A DNA stretch of 63,366 bases, the filler included, from Choristocarpus tenellus KU-1152 (lineage: Eukaryota > Protista > Phaeophyceae): NCBI GenBank assembly GCA_964200185.2. It is 11 parts of 11 records of this genome, joined end to end, with 100 filler letters (N's around TTAATTAATTAA, not from the genome) between each part and the next. Parts side by side here need not be neighbours in the genome. Positions count along the whole stretch, not along the records: positions 35,605 to 45,131 come from CAXNAD020003603.1; positions 45,232 to 53,506 come from CAXNAD020004907.1; 9 more parts are not named here. One strand, 5' to 3'. The translations under genes and the position numbers were made by a program. Shown here in pieces: positions 38,266 through 52,346 of the stretch. The number at the start of each line of letters is the position of its first letter. Position 1 is the stretch's first letter. A model generated the notes under the pieces. That model was not told the origin of the DNA, did no database searches, and worked only from the letters and a program-made list of their open reading frames with translations.

Positions 38266-40745
38266 AGAGGACACGACCAACCACACTCTAAGCACAGTGA
38301 ACAAACTTATGTTGTTGGTACATATACACATACTATACATGCTGCAATCATTCTCAAGGGGGGGTGGGATGCAGGATGCCTTGGTGGCTCACAATAAGGC
38401 AGGAAAATAAGACACTCAGAAGGGGTATACCAGGGCTCAACGTCTTCTATGATCAAAAACAAGTCAATCGGTATCCCAGGTTCACCTTTGTCACAAGGTG
38501 GTTATTTCCTGAACACCCTCTCAACATACAGACTCGTATCGTGTACGATCAAGGCAAACAGAAGGTTAGGGATATTCGGATTAGTTGGTGGGTGGGGAGA
38601 TTGAGGAAAGTCCACCTTACTTACCCCAAAAGTGGGGGTAGCACTATTGGTCTAACTCGTTAAGATACTTCATGCATCCAGAATAAAAATAGTTGAAGTG
38701 TTGGTTGAGGAGGAATTGTTCCAATAAAACGACGACTTGTCAGAGGCACAGGAATAATATTCTACAAAAACGGAAATACTACATCCACTGATTGTCATCA
38801 ACGGCACGCTCCTCTCACACACACAACACTCACGCTATCGTATTATGTATAAATTAATAATGATTTATTGGACACACCATGTCCTATAAATCTACTCCAG
38901 TAAGGAATCCTGTGACAGTGCTTTGAAGTAGCATCTAGTATTATAGTATTAGTTTTCAAGAGGGTAACCACAAATAACTACAGTGGCAAGCACAACCACT
39001 AGAAGACACTGCCACTACTGTAAGGCATGCAAGTAAAGGTTGGATAGATCGCTTGTTAAAACAATAACAGTCTATCCGACTCAGGTTTCTCGTCCAACCC
39101 CACAGTCATCCATGGATCTATTTTGGCATCCTCAAGAACAACAGGACAAGGACACAACAAGAGACCACTGTTCAGTGTACTTTCAACCTCACAAGTAGAT
39201 CATATTTGAGGCTTCTTTGCCACTGACTGTTGGGCTTATTTGTGCTTATCATGTAGAGACAGACCGTGACACCTCTAAGCACTCCCGAGTGTTTTGGCAC
39301 AGGTCTAGTAGGATTTTCTCAGGGGAACATTCTAGATTCTAGAAAGAAGAGACTGCCTAATCGGAACAGTCACAGAATGAGAAGCCTGCTCATTGCTCAG
39401 TCCTTTGTCTTCATTGAAAAAAACATGTATCGCAAAATAGGTTAACAGATGTGTCCAACAGAGCTGAGTTGGCTATTTCCATGATGTGAGTACTAAGCAC
39501 TCACCAGCTAGAAGGCTCCTTTCATGTTTAACCCTGTAACCCTTCTGATTTAGCTAGATTGTTGCTATGACATAGTCGTCTTATCACATGCATACCGGGC
39601 ACTAGCACACAAAAAGGAGATTGATCCAACTCAGCATTTTGAGAGGTAGACCAGGAAAAACGCACTGGTCTTGCTCTTTTATACTCCTACTACATACTTC
39701 ACAGTACATTGTTCCGGCTTTAGCAAACAACGAACACATCAAACTCACAATATTGTAACACACACATTAAACAATAAATAAGCGCAAGATACTCCGTAGC
39801 ACTCCCGGGCGGTACAATAACAAAAAAATAGTGTATAGAAATACCTTCTGAATTCAGAGGAAGCAACAAGTGCCTCCAGATCTTTCTACAGCCCCAGTTG
39901 CATTTCAAACCATGAGTCTTGAAAGTAAAAAAGACAAGGAACAGCAGAACCCACTCAGTATGGTTTGACATCTTCCACAAACACCAAGCGAGGCTACAGT
40001 TCTTCAATAACACACACACACACAGAGAGAGAGATTAATTGCTTGGGAATCCCTCAACCCACAGCCCCATCTAACATCTAACCATCAGATGAAATAACGG
40101 AGAAGGCATGTAACATGTGAGAGAGCTGTAACCTCACACGTCATCCCCCCCTGGCCTCCACTACAAGTAGCACCCTTTATGTTAAAAAAAAGAGATAAAT
40201 TTGTTCATCAGGTGTCCTTTTTTGCCAGTCACACCTATATTGCCGCAAACAAATTTTCAAATTCGGAATCCTCCTCGTCTGCCTTCCTCTGTTCCTATCT
40301 CCACCAAAGATTCCCCCTCCTCCAATTAATCACAATTCACCGAGATGAATCTGTGCTCAAGACTCACTCAAACTCACTCAAACACGTCCTTGCAGGCCTG
40401 TCCCCCTAGTCAATCTCATCTCCTACTGCCAAACTGGTTACATCGAGTGCCGTCCCATATTGATTCTACACCATTGTGTCTAACCAGTGCACAATGCAAT
40501 GTGGACCCATCCCTCCTTCTATTTCCGCAATCAAAGGCATGGCAGTTACATATTCCGAAAAGTGTCAGCTCCCTCTGGCACCCACCCGTGTCCTCATTGT
40601 CTAGTGTTTTTGTGTGGGTGTGTGTTTAGGGTGGGGGGAGGGACAGGTCCCATCACAAAAAATGTTAGTACTTTGTGTCACTATCGGTTACTGTGTCACT
40701 ATCCATTCTCATTGCAAACGCATCTATCAAGCCCCCCTCCTCTTT

Positions 40746-42695
40746 TCACTGTATCTCTTTGTGTGCTGAGGCCTCAGACATGAGCCTGCAGAGCATCTCT
40801 ACTGGGAGGCCATACACACTGTCCACAGTCCCATCAATCCTCTCCACCAGAGGGGATAGCTCCGGTTCCTCAATTGCGAAGCCTCCCGCCTGCAGCACAT
40901 AACAATGAACATCATACAACACGCAACGCAAAAGCAACACAGTCAAAGGTTCGGGCTATAAAATAATAATAATAATTTGGTACAACAGGCAAAACAAGTT
41001 CAAATATTCAAATTCTCACTGTTGTTGGGGAATCCCTCAACACACCACTCTCTATGACCCACATCAGAGTATAATAGATAGAGATAGATACAGATAGTGG
41101 GTGGAGCTGACCTCTCCACGCAGAACCATACTACTAGCTCCATTAACTACAGAGGTGTTGTTCCAGGTATACTGTTTCTAGAAAGGTGTCTTGTATTGCA
41201 TGGCACAGTGGTAGGGGGGGGGGGGAAAGCACCCAATGGTGATTCTCCAATCTGTCCCCACCCCCCATTAGTACCAATAAAAACCGAGACTAAAGTAGAA
41301 ACAATAAAAAAATGTAAACCTGTCAAAAGGGCAAGAAAACTACCCACCCTCACACCCACCTACATTATATCTCACACCAGTCCACTTTCGGCCCATATAA
41401 AAAAATGCTGACTTTCACCAGCATTGGAGGAGTGGTGCCTAGGGGGATCCAACTTTCAAGGTAACAGCTCTCTATGCCACAACTACTCATCATTAGATCA
41501 TCACCTCTCAAGCCTTTCCACACTCCACACTTACACATCCACATTTATCTATTAAAATGAGATCAATCTAAAGCCTCTCTTCCAGGTCTTCACTCAAATC
41601 TTGTTGCTAGGCATTGCACTGCAGTTGTGACGACTTCCTCCCACCCACCCCGAAGCCCTAACCCTTCGAAGAAAGCCCTACTAATATCAAACAAAACCTT
41701 CTCTCGGCTATCCAACTACCGAGTACACTTTTATTAATTTCAAGACTTTTTTTTTTTCCCTTGTGCCTTTTGGACAGACAAAAACGGACGCCGTTCAGCA
41801 ACACGCCTCCCCACAATATAAACTGCAATTGAAAAATGAGCGGATTGCAATGAAGGACATAAAATATTAATAAAAAAAAGAAATGTTTTCAACAATCATG
41901 TACGCGCTGACTCTATTACACTAGTACACTACGAAAGAAATAAAAATGGTCACACACCCCTTTTTCCCTCCTTCTACCCACTCACCGAGGACATAACCGA
42001 CCCCCTTGCAACAACAATATCCACGGTATCGGGGTGAATCTCTCTCCAGCACACCCTTGCCCTTTCCAACCCCTCTGCCTGTACCCCTGTCTCTACATTG
42101 GTCACACACACTGCTGAGAGTGTGCTCACAGTGCTTCCAGAATAGCTCTGAAGAAAGAATCGTGCCTGAAAAGTGTGAGTGTGAGTGTGAGTTTGGAGGG
42201 AGGGGAGGGGGGGGGGGAGGGGCGTCTGTTTAGTAGCGCCCTGCTTCTATTTGTACCACTTGCCCTATAATCCAAACGCAAGAGCTCTTGGACATATAAT
42301 TACACAATGATTCTTGTTTTCAACATGTAATTAATTTAAATATTATTATTATTTAAAGTTAGATTCGATTAGGGTTAGGGTCATCCTCATTTCCCCCTAA
42401 AAATATGTACACCTGCAACCACATTCAAAGGCAAGTAAAAGAGAGAGGGAGAGAGAGAGAGAGAGAGAGGTGAATACAGAGGATACTACATCACCCCAAA
42501 CCTTCAAAGTGGAACGCAATCACAGTTACATAAAAATAAAAATATGTGCGTGTGTGAGTGTGTGTACATATCCGCACAAAACAACTTCCTCTCCCGACTC
42601 TCCATCCCATCTCTAGTCCCATTTGAAGGCCAGTTCATGGTCACCTCTTCTGCAGTCTTGGGCTTCTCTCGAACCACTCCTTCAAATACACAAAC
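40746..42695 (-). CDS. maf: Maf/Ham1-fold nucleoside triphosphate pyrophosphatase (Maf-like), 3' part; exons 42695-42645, 42165-41986, ~40889-40746
   Basis: VREKPKTAEE|ARFFLQSYSG...VMSS|AGGFAIE...IDGTVDSVYGLP* are Maf hallmarks; phase-0 introns. Confidence 0.88.
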
Positions 42696-45231
42696 CTTTC
42701 ATTGTACATCACACATCACACATCACACATCGCACAGGAAGAATTGGGGGCAACACGAGGGGTGGAGAAGGAAGGGATTTTACACAGAGGTCAAGCACAA
42801 GGCCAGGGAGGTTAAGGGCTGGGGCTAGCAATTTGCTAAGGGTTAGGGTTTTTGTCCATGAAGGTACAATTTTGCACCTCAAGCATAACATGTAACATCA
42901 CTCAACACTGTCTGGGACATAGGATAACTATTTTCTGGTTACTTGCGGGATGAAATCGTGACAGTTGCAATCGCGTTGAAAGGATTCCGTGAAGTCAGAC
43001 ACGTCTGCAAGATGCTGATCAGGATGGTTCGTGAACCTGTTGGCTCTAGTAAAGATGGAGACACGCCGTCACTATTACCTCTATTTGGTTCTCTATGTGG
43101 TTCGTGAACACTATGACAGTGCATACACTACCACTTTCAATAACACATAATATCCCAAAACCTCAACAGAAGGTAGACCACAACCTACAACATCGGCGGT
43201 TAACAAAATTGTCTTAGATTCTCACCACATCTAAGCACCTCTACAAACTGAAACAAGCACAAAACCCTAACCCTAACCTGTACTAGCCGGGTTGAGAATA
43301 CAAGGGACCACATTAAGAACAAAATTACTCATTTCTTCAAAAAAATGGACAACATAAGAGGGGGGGGGGGGTACACCCCCTCACTCAGATGCCAAAAAAA
43401 GGGAACGGTCTAAGAAGCAAAGACGAAAGGGAACAGCCCTCTTGTGTAACTGACTCTTGTGTAACTGACTCTTGTTATCTATCTACATGGAAGAACCGGG
43501 TCGGGTAAGGGTGTGCAACTGACAGATGCACAATAAGGTACCCAGTTACGATGTGAAACATTGGGGTATATACCTTATGTGTGTCGTCTACTCAGCTGGA
43601 CAGGTGTATCCTTTACGACCCAAGACCATATAGAGTACCCCTCAGGACCTATTTATGTGACATATTAGTGAAACACTGTTTATGTGAAATGTCAGAGAAA
43701 CACTATTTACATGACATGTTAGTGAAAACATCTAAGAGGGGGAATGATTCTTAGCCCATTGAGATTCAAGGCCGTTTTGAATGTTGAACAGTAGTCTACA
43801 TCATGCCAATGCATGGAATGGAGACAGCCCTTCTCAGGGGGGGGTGCAGGTGGAGAAATAAGATTACGTTTGAAGACATTATGAGCCAAGAGTGACCTTC
43901 ACAACACTAGATTTTTTTTTAGTAAATACACCAAAGGGATGTCACAGAAGCCCAGTAAAACTCAACAACAACATCCATCCCCATCTTAAACATCTTTTGT
44001 TATTGGTATTGCTCTTCACGTTGCGCAGAACCCTTCCCGCGACTTTCCAAGTTTGCTTCAATATCCATAGATGGACAGAGGATTTCAAGACCTGCAGTTG
44101 TGTCATATAGGGTTTATTATTATTATTATTACTATTACTATTATATCATTATTATCATTTCGCGCTGGAATGAGAGTCAAAGGATAGTGTTTAGTCTTCA
44201 GAGGATTCACCGCAAGAAGTAAAGAACCACTACAGTGACATCATTGTCCACGTATGGAATATATATATATATATTTCACTTGTCATCTTTATTTAAAATA
44301 ACTCAATTTAATCATTAGAAACAAAAAAAAGAAGAATTCACCCATAAAATATCACGCGTTTCTAAGAGCATATCAAATCCTCTTGAACCCAGAGCACCAT
44401 ACAGATATGTGTATTAACAGTAAACTAACTCAAGAATGGAGGTACTAACAGTGGGCTAGCAAAGGCCGGGCTGGGGGGGGGGAAGAAGGATTCCTCAGGG
44501 GCGTCAAAGAACATCTTCAAAAATATCATAATGCATGTAGTACACATACAATACTCTTGTCCAAAAGCGTCAGGGTATTTCCCCCTTTGAATCACTGCTC
44601 AAAGAAGAAACACGACAGAGGGTCATTCATTAAAATGCAAAAATAAATAAATAAATGATACCCATAGTAGATTTTCTTTTTTCTCCGTCAGGGGTAGCCG
44701 AAGAAACAATCACAGGCAGGCGTTTTTCACCAACACACAACAGATGGCGTTTTCCATCCCATACCAAAAAGAAGGGCGTAAATATGGAGCTGGTATATTT
44801 GTTACCACACCATGACTAAGGAAAGAAATCGACAAGGGGTATGTGACGTATCTAGCTTACATCTTCAGTGGTATACCCTCTATTGTCAAACCAACCCACC
44901 GACCCCCCAATAAATAGTCAGCAGAAATCCCTGGTTTTTTGGCACATCACATCGGAAGGATCATCTTGATTTTCTTGGTGGAATGCTCAGTCAGCCTTAG
45001 CTCATTGCTTAAAATGAACTGCAGCACTCGACTTATGCAGACCTGGCCTATTGGCCACATGCAACAGCACACTCTGTCCCCCCCCCCCTGCCCTGGACCA
45101 TGCACTAATATCAAACTGACTCAATGCAGGCNNNNNNNNNNNNNNNNNNNNNNNNNNNNNNNNNNNNNNNNNNNNTTAATTAATTAANNNNNNNNNNNNN
45201 NNNNNNNNNNNNNNNNNNNNNNNNNNNNNNN

Positions 45232-45254
45232 CCCCCCCCCAGATACTTGGAGCC
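45232..45254 (+). mobile_element. MITE family A right TIR at contig start
   Basis: CCCCCCAGATACTTGGAGCC. Confidence 0.6.
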
Positions 45255-45983
45255 TTAAGCCTCAGTTTTCACATCCCCTAGCAGGAGTTATACTTGCAAA
45301 ATATGCAGGACTGAATCTACACCTTGTGTGTGCCCTGGCAAAATTTGGTGCCTAAAGGCACCTCCATTGCCTTCTGGCAGAGGCGAGAAGCACCCTGCAA
45401 CTCTCTGTCCTGGCACGCCACGTAGTGCTACAGGCATTAAAATAGTTGGTGCCGTTGTCGTTGTCGGTCAATAGTTTGACACAGCTGGTGGATGCCGCTA
45501 TGGCAAATTCATTTTTTTTTTTCATAGAGCATTGAATCATTGGATATAATCCAAAAAACAGAGAAATAGTGCAAGATGGTGATCGAGATATCTGTTGGGA
45601 AGCTTTTCAATTTTGAACACAAAAGGTTTGATTTCTCCGCAACCAATGTGAGTCTGATTGTGAAAGAAAATGTCAACGGATTCCACTCTTCCGGACTAAT
45701 GAGCATGAGTCATTTGTTTCAAGCTATGGGATGTTCTCATCCAGCATTCGTACCTGAACAGTTGGTCTTTTCGAGGGATTAGCCCCCCGTATGCCCTGAC
45801 TTTGAACCCAATCACCAAATGATGATTACAAGTTACCCAGCAATCTAAGTTGCACTGAAGAGGTGTTGTGCTCAACATGATGTATACCACATGAAGTTGA
45901 TCATTCAAGGACAACACCATTTGCGGTTGAATCAAAACCCCCCCATATTCCCCTGCCGTCATTCTGGCTGGTTTGTGATTCAG

Positions 45984-47600
45984 GTGTCACTTCATGCAGA
46001 GTTTGCCCCACCTTTTGAGCGGGGACGCCCACCCCCTTACCAGAGTGCATTCCTGCAATTCCTCAAGGGTAGCGGCTTTGCCCCATTGGAGGTGGCCCTT
46101 TCAGAGTGCGAAAAACGCCGCCCCCCCCTCTTTGATGAGATGGCCTACATACTAGGGAGAATGGGGGACACAAGGCGTGCTCTCTCCATACTTCTGCAGG
46201 TTAGGCTAGTTTAGGTTGTTTAGAGTGCTTCAAATGGGTTTGGTATTGATTTTTCTTTTTTGTTCTGAGTGATGTTGTGTTGTGCTGTCGTCTTTTTGTG
46301 GAGCTTTTCTTTTACGGGGAGGGCTATTTGCTCAAAACTGCCCCAATTCAATTGGTGTTTTTATTGATCTTTTTTCCTTCGTTTGTGTCTCTTAAGGGCC
46401 AAAACTACTCTTTCAGGTTTGCCCCACTGTTTGGATTAGTGTTATCACTAACATATTGATCCTGATGTGGTTCATGGGGCCGTTCTGTGGTACCATGGAG
46501 CTATGGAGCTGATAAAATGCTGTATAACAGTCAGCAGCGTAGGGAAGGGTACTGTGAAGATCGAAGGTGTTGCATAGGGTACTAAGTTGTGTAGGGCACT
46601 AAGTTGTGTTACCATTTCTTGTTGAAGTGTCTGTACAAGGTTGTGCAGATGTTAGATCACCTCAACCCACTTACCCCTCTACCCTGTTCAGGAGGTGGGC
46701 AGTGTGCCTCGGGCAATTGAATTTGTCGAGGCTCATGACAAGGAGCTCTGGTATCAACTAGTGGACTACAGCCTCACGAACGAAGCATTTCTCTCAGGAC
46801 TGCTTGACCATGCTGGTGTCTATGATGTTGACTTAGCCAGGCTCATTGCGGAGGTGCCACATGGAATGCGCATACCGGGACTTAGAGACAAGGTTGTCAA
46901 GATCATCTCTGACTACCGTTTCCAGGTACAGGCACCAGCTGTTAAGCCTGGGTGGGATGCAGAGATTTTCTGTCGATCGAGATACTGCACCGAGCATCAA
47001 CTCCACATGTATGCATTATCATGGATTGCCTAGACCTTTCCTGGAGAAAGCACTACTTCAGTACTTCAATTCTCTTCATCACTGCGCTCTTATGCTAGCC
47101 TTTGGCACATATATTGTCAGCAAGCACACTATCTACTGTGTGTAACGATGTTGCCTGGTCCCCAAACCACCTACACCCCCACCACCACCTGTTCGTTTCT
47201 TTTATCATGTCAACAACAGGTGAACATGCACAAATCTTGCAGTGCCTCTGTCAAGTCAGACTTAATCCAACGCCAACGGCACCTTAACCAAAACCAGCGT
47301 CGTGCTGTGCGTGTTGAGACTGGTTCTCGCTGCTGCTATAGCATGTGTTTCATGCCCTTGGCAGGACCACCAGGCGGTATCGGACTAGGTTTAGGAACTA
47401 GCACTAACAGGGGAAACAAACAGGCAGGGGGGATATACGTGTTTCCATGTGGGCATCGGTTCCATGCCTTCTGCCTAAGCCTTTGCTCAGAGGGCTCCAG
47501 GGTTGAGGGTGGGCCTGACTCCTCAGAGCCAAGTAGGAAAGAGAGACATGTCAAATGTGCAATATGTTCCTGTCGGAGATCAAAGTTGGGCAGAAGGTAA
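45984..47600 (+). CDS. VPS41: Vacuolar protein sorting 41 (HOPS), 3' part; exons 45984-46199, 46692-46925, 47220-47600
   Basis: EMAYILGRMGDTRRAL...AIEFVEAHDKELW...IPGLRDKVVKIISDY (clathrin-repeat region) and C-terminal RING (FPCGHRFHAFC...CAIC). Confidence 0.9.
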
Positions 47601-49270
47601 ATGTTATCCTAGTCAACACGTGAACAGAGGGTCTTGAATTTTTTTCCTGTGCTTGTATAAAGTAGTGATACTTCTTGGTCACTTATCAACAATAATAATC
47701 GATAGTGATAGTGACCACTGCCACTACACGCTATTAAAGTTATCTCGATCTCCCAAGCTCTCTTCCAGAACAATAACAGAGTAACAGGAGGCATTCGTGA
47801 CATTTTTTAACCCTCTTAAAAGCAATGACATCGAGAAGAAATTAGGGAATCAAACAATACCTTGAGAATCTGAGCCTTGCTATTATAGTACCCCATATAG
47901 CAGTTGTCAGGTATAGGTATGCTTTCATACCAGCTGTCTTGTCACAGCGTCTAGTATTTGCTCCCTTGGGTGCAACTTATGCAGGGGTAGTTGACACAGG
48001 TTACATGTTTTCAGAAGCATGGTATGAATAGTAGTTGTATTGCCATGACATCACTGTCAACTGACACAAACTTTAATAAGGATCAGTGAGAGCACGTAAA
48101 TGACATGGACTTAAAACTATGCATAGGCATTTTTGAATGCAATATTACAAGAATTTATGGTAGAATGAGTTTTGTGACTGACGCCTCAAGAACGGAAAGA
48201 AAAAAGAAAAATCAAACCGTAGCTTTTTCCCATTACCTTAATCACTCTGCTTAGAATTATCATGAACCTTACTTACAAATTTCTTGCTGGATTTCTGTTC
48301 TCTTCCAAAACAAAGTTGATCCACCACTGGAGTTGACATGCTTTGTACACTTAACATTGAGAGTTTTAAACATCACAGCACTTAGAAACGCCAGCATCAA
48401 CGGAAATAAACTGTGGGGTTAATACATTTCCCACCAAAACATGTTCCAATTCAGATGCAATGAGATTACCATTGCCTTCTAAAAAGGCATATCAAAACCA
48501 AACACCCATCCACATATCACACTAGAGATAGACATCAAATGTACACCTACAGAGAAAATGCATGCACTTGACGCTTCCTACAAACTACACAATCGCCAAT
48601 ACAATTCCATACAAAAAACTTGACATACACTCATCACCCCAAGGGACAGCCAAGAGTCAGCATACTATCCTTACCTGACTGTTCAAATTATTGTCTTCAC
48701 ACACTTATATAAGGTACCCATCTCCAACACTGTTCCAATGACTTTCAGGGGGTAATTTGTAACAAAGGATGGACAGTATGTAGGAAAGAGTATCCTTTAA
48801 AATGAGTAGGGCATAAACAGCAAGAAAAACAAAATATTCGTGTTTCCTACGTGAGTATCCTTTCCTCTGGCCTCTTGTCCCTCATACCACCCTCCCCCAC
48901 ATTTCCACCTACAACACCACCCCCCTTTGTGTATCCTGCTTCATGTATTATCCCTTGTACAATTATTTCTCTAGCCAAACGGCCTCTCCGCGGAACAGGT
49001 AAATGAACTATTCATGTGTCCTTTTTCAGTGCCTCTCCCTCTAATACCTACATTTGTCCATATTCAATCGCACTCTCACACACAGCCATAAGAAATACAT
49101 CTTACAGTTTACATAAAATTCTCTCCCTTCCACCCAAGTTTTCACTTTTACGACTCTCTCTGTACAACTTCGTGGGTTGCGTTCCTCCCAGTCGATTCAC
49201 ATAATCTTCACTCCTCTTTCAACCCCAACAAGTTGCAGGCGATATTTCCCCTCTTAAGGCAGAAATTGTA

Positions 49271-50471
49271 TCAGCACACCCACCCACCAGCGCTGCTACA
49301 GTGAAACTGGTGGGTCTTGCTGGCCTCAGGAAACAACCAGGAGGCACCAATACCTGTCCTATCAGCTCGAGACCTCCCAGTCGAGCCAAAGAAAGGTGTT
49401 GGTCCGTCCCGTGGAATCCCATTAATTCCACACTCATTACAACCTCTGGGATCATCAGATCTCCCGGTTTCATTAGGTTCCTCATTAAAACGCTTCGTTG
49501 TCCACAGGCGCAGGAGTTGCTCTGCACTCAGACCACCATCCTTGCCACTGGCTGCTAGCATTTCTTTAATCTCCTCCTGCATGGGAACAAGGAGGTCATG
49601 GTGAGTACATCTGACTTTAGGGATTGACTGTGGTAAGAAATGAGGGGATCCAACAGAGTTCTTAACATAAACAAAAGGATCACCAAGATTAACCAATTGC
49701 ACTCTCTAGAACCAATTTGTGCCTATCAAAACTACTGAGTGTTGCAACATGACAAAAAATATTAGCCAGCAAATTTCAGTTCTCCTTTACCTGCTGCCCC
49801 CTCTCCCTCATTCCATTTCCAATCTAATCCCATCAAGGTATCAAAGATACCAAGGTGTCAAACAAGTACTTCACAACGTTGACCGAGATTTTGAAGGTTG
49901 GGGAGAATAGTACAGTTAGGATGAAAGTGTATTTTCTGTGCTGTCAAATAGCAACTGACTGCCCCGGATGTACATTAGTAACTCCAAATTTGACAGAAAC
50001 ACAAAAAAATTGAAGTGTCAATTCTCGCACATATTCAATCACACATCATGCAACTCATGAATACCAGGCAAGTCTTTAAGGACCTACCAGCAAGACTGGA
50101 TGAGCAGAGCTTGCACTATCTCGAGTCCTCTCCGCAGTAGAATCCTCAGTCCCAACATCTCCAACACATTCCTCCCATGTCATCCCTCCAGCAATACAAG
50201 CCTCGACACCTCCCTGCGGTCCCTTGAAGGAAGTACTACCACGGAAATCTGTACCACTCCAACTTTGCGTCCGCCCTTGGCTTTCCTTCTTCCAGGTGTT
50301 GGGCGCCCCAGCCCAGTCCTGTTCAAGTACCTTAGGGGATTGGCTCACCCCGCGCATACAGACATAGACTACTCCTCCACCCATAAAAGCACCAATGAGC
50401 AGACAGCAAAGCAGACGCGCCAACCACAGTCGAACTGATCGATGAGGGACGTAGAAGAGTAACAACGGCAT
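49271..50471 (-). CDS. Hypothetical single-pass membrane or secreted protein; exons 50471-50088, 49627-49271
   Basis: N-terminal hydrophobic helix LLCCLLIGAFMGGGVVYVCM; phase-0 GT-AG join; no recognised domain. Confidence 0.5.
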
Positions 50472-50827
50472 CGAAAGTGGGTGAACTCGGTGAGAAGGGA
50501 GAGGAGGAATATTTGACAATATGGGACCGTAACCGTAAACTTGTCGAGGAAAGGGGTTGTGGCTGACAACTTCTCATGTAGTGTTATCCACGGGAAAAGT
50601 ACTCACTTCTCAATTAGCGCTTTAGTAGAATAAAGGTGCTTCATGTGTAGGTTTCCTCGTTTTTCAATCGACTGTACTTTACGATTCACTATTTCCACAA
50701 GTGGAAATGTATAGGAAGTCTGAACAGATTTCCAATTGGTATCGATTATTCCCGAATATTCTGTAAATTTCTCCTTGACTTCACTCTCGACCTACCACCA
50801 CACTTGATCACAACAACATCCTCTCTT

Positions 50828-51460
50828 TTAACCTTGCCATATCCCACCTGGTGCTTGAGGCACATCGTCAGCCGCTTTAATAATTGCAGTCCAAGCCTGA
50901 ACCACTGACAACGCGACTTGCTTGAGAAATTTAGATGAATCACACTCAGTGCAGGTGCCTTCATCTGGCGCGACGTTAGCCACAGTAGCGCTTTCATCAT
51001 TGCGACCCTCACTATGAACGTCAGATGCTCGGAGCCATGAGGCATGGAATTCTGGGGCGATTGCCCCCTGCTGGTCTTTTTGGCCTTCGACCTGCTTAGT
51101 ATCCCTCTGACTCGTATCATCCCCCATAGGGTCAAAGAGGGGGTCACCAAATATTTCGGAAACTTCCATGTCATTATAATCTTCATTTACACAGAGAGGA
51201 GTCACCTCCCTGTTGGGCTCCTCTCCTTTCAGAGGGTGAAGAGTTGACTCCTGGTCGAAAGATCCAGACATTTCCTCACTCGCCCCTAGTGAGGCAGTGG
51301 CGGTCAGGTTGCAGGCAACATGGTCATCTTCAGCTTCAGACCCCGAGGACGCGAAGGATTCAGTCATATTGCTGACACCCATGAGTCGCCCAACTTTGAC
51401 GAAGCTTTGACTCCCAAACGAAGACGCTATCCCATCATTTGAAGTCGTGGAAAAATCCAT
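50828..51460 (-). CDS. Hypothetical acidic, low-complexity protein (210 aa, intronless)
   Basis: Long uninterrupted ORF from MDFSTT; D/E/S-rich with a C-terminal amphipathic helix. Confidence 0.5.
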   Translation of the reverse strand: MDFSTTSNDGIASSFGSQSFVKVGRLMGVSNMTESFASSGSEAEDDHVACNLTATASLGASEEMSGSFDQESTLHPLKGEEPNREVTPLCVNEDYNDMEVSEIFGDPLFDPMGDDTSQRDTKQVEGQKDQQGAIAPEFHASWLRASDVHSEGRNDESATVANVAPDEGTCTECDSSKFLKQVALSVVQAWTAIIKAADDVPQAPGGIWQG

Positions 51461-52137
51461 TAATTTGACTACTATACAATAAAAGCACACCGCAGTAATA
51501 TACCGAGTTAAAGGGTTTTGAATGATACAGGAGGGTGAGTTCAAGAGTCCAGAAGGATACTCCCCCACAACCTTGGACGTCAAGTTCTCCTTTTGATCAA
51601 CAATTGATGTCTGACAACTTACTCGAGTTCCAAGGAAAGAATGCACAATATATAAAAACGTCCAAGTTGAATCATGTGATCAAAAAAAATTTAATCTCGA
51701 TCGGATTGGACAATGAACCAACGTACGAGGTGACGAACTTGAAGTACATTACACATAATTTCACGTACAGACATGTGATATTTTTTTTGTTATGTTAGAA
51801 TAGGAAATATCAAATATAATCACATGTTGTACACACTAATCACAGTATAAATAATATTCTAGTAAAAAAAATACCTGCATAAAAGTAAAAGTTGACGTAA
51901 ATGTGAAAGATATCTCACCAAATCTATTTAATACACTTACCAATTATACTTGGCCACTCTCATAAAAGCTCGTAATTACAATGTGTACATTGCTATCCTC
52001 CAACCTAGCTTAGCCCTACACTACAGGTCGAGGACCTAGGGAAGCATCCCAAGAAACTGATAAGCCCCTCTTGCCCATCTTCCTGGTGTCTACAACTTAA
52101 AACGCATGACATATCTTGACAGAGCCACTTGTGTAGT

Positions 52138-52346
52138 GACAGACACTATCTAACAGCCAATTTCAAAAATTGAGGATGGAGCTTTTCATTGAGGATGGAT
52201 TGACTGGGAAAAAGTGTCGATATGTATTTTTTTTAATTACAATACAAAAAAAAACATATCGACACTTTATCCCAGTCAATTTTGGGTCAAGCCCATCCTC
52301 AATGAAAAGCTCCATCCTCAATTTTTGAAATCGGCTGTTATCTGTC
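52138..52346. mobile_element. Fold-back (palindromic) MITE-like element
   Basis: Arms AACAGCCAATTTCAAAAATTGAGGATGGAGCTTTTCATTGAGGATGG..TTGACTGGGA.AAAGTGTCGATATGT and their reverse complement. Confidence 0.8.

Noticed and set aside
37757-38284. 175-aa minus-strand ORF ending in poly-Tyr
   Set aside because: Antisense shadow of the plus-strand exon and its (AGT)n tract
42050-42065. GC donor in Maf (AGG|GCAAGG)
   Set aside because: Frame continues with Maf-like sequence to a canonical GTGAGT donor at 41985
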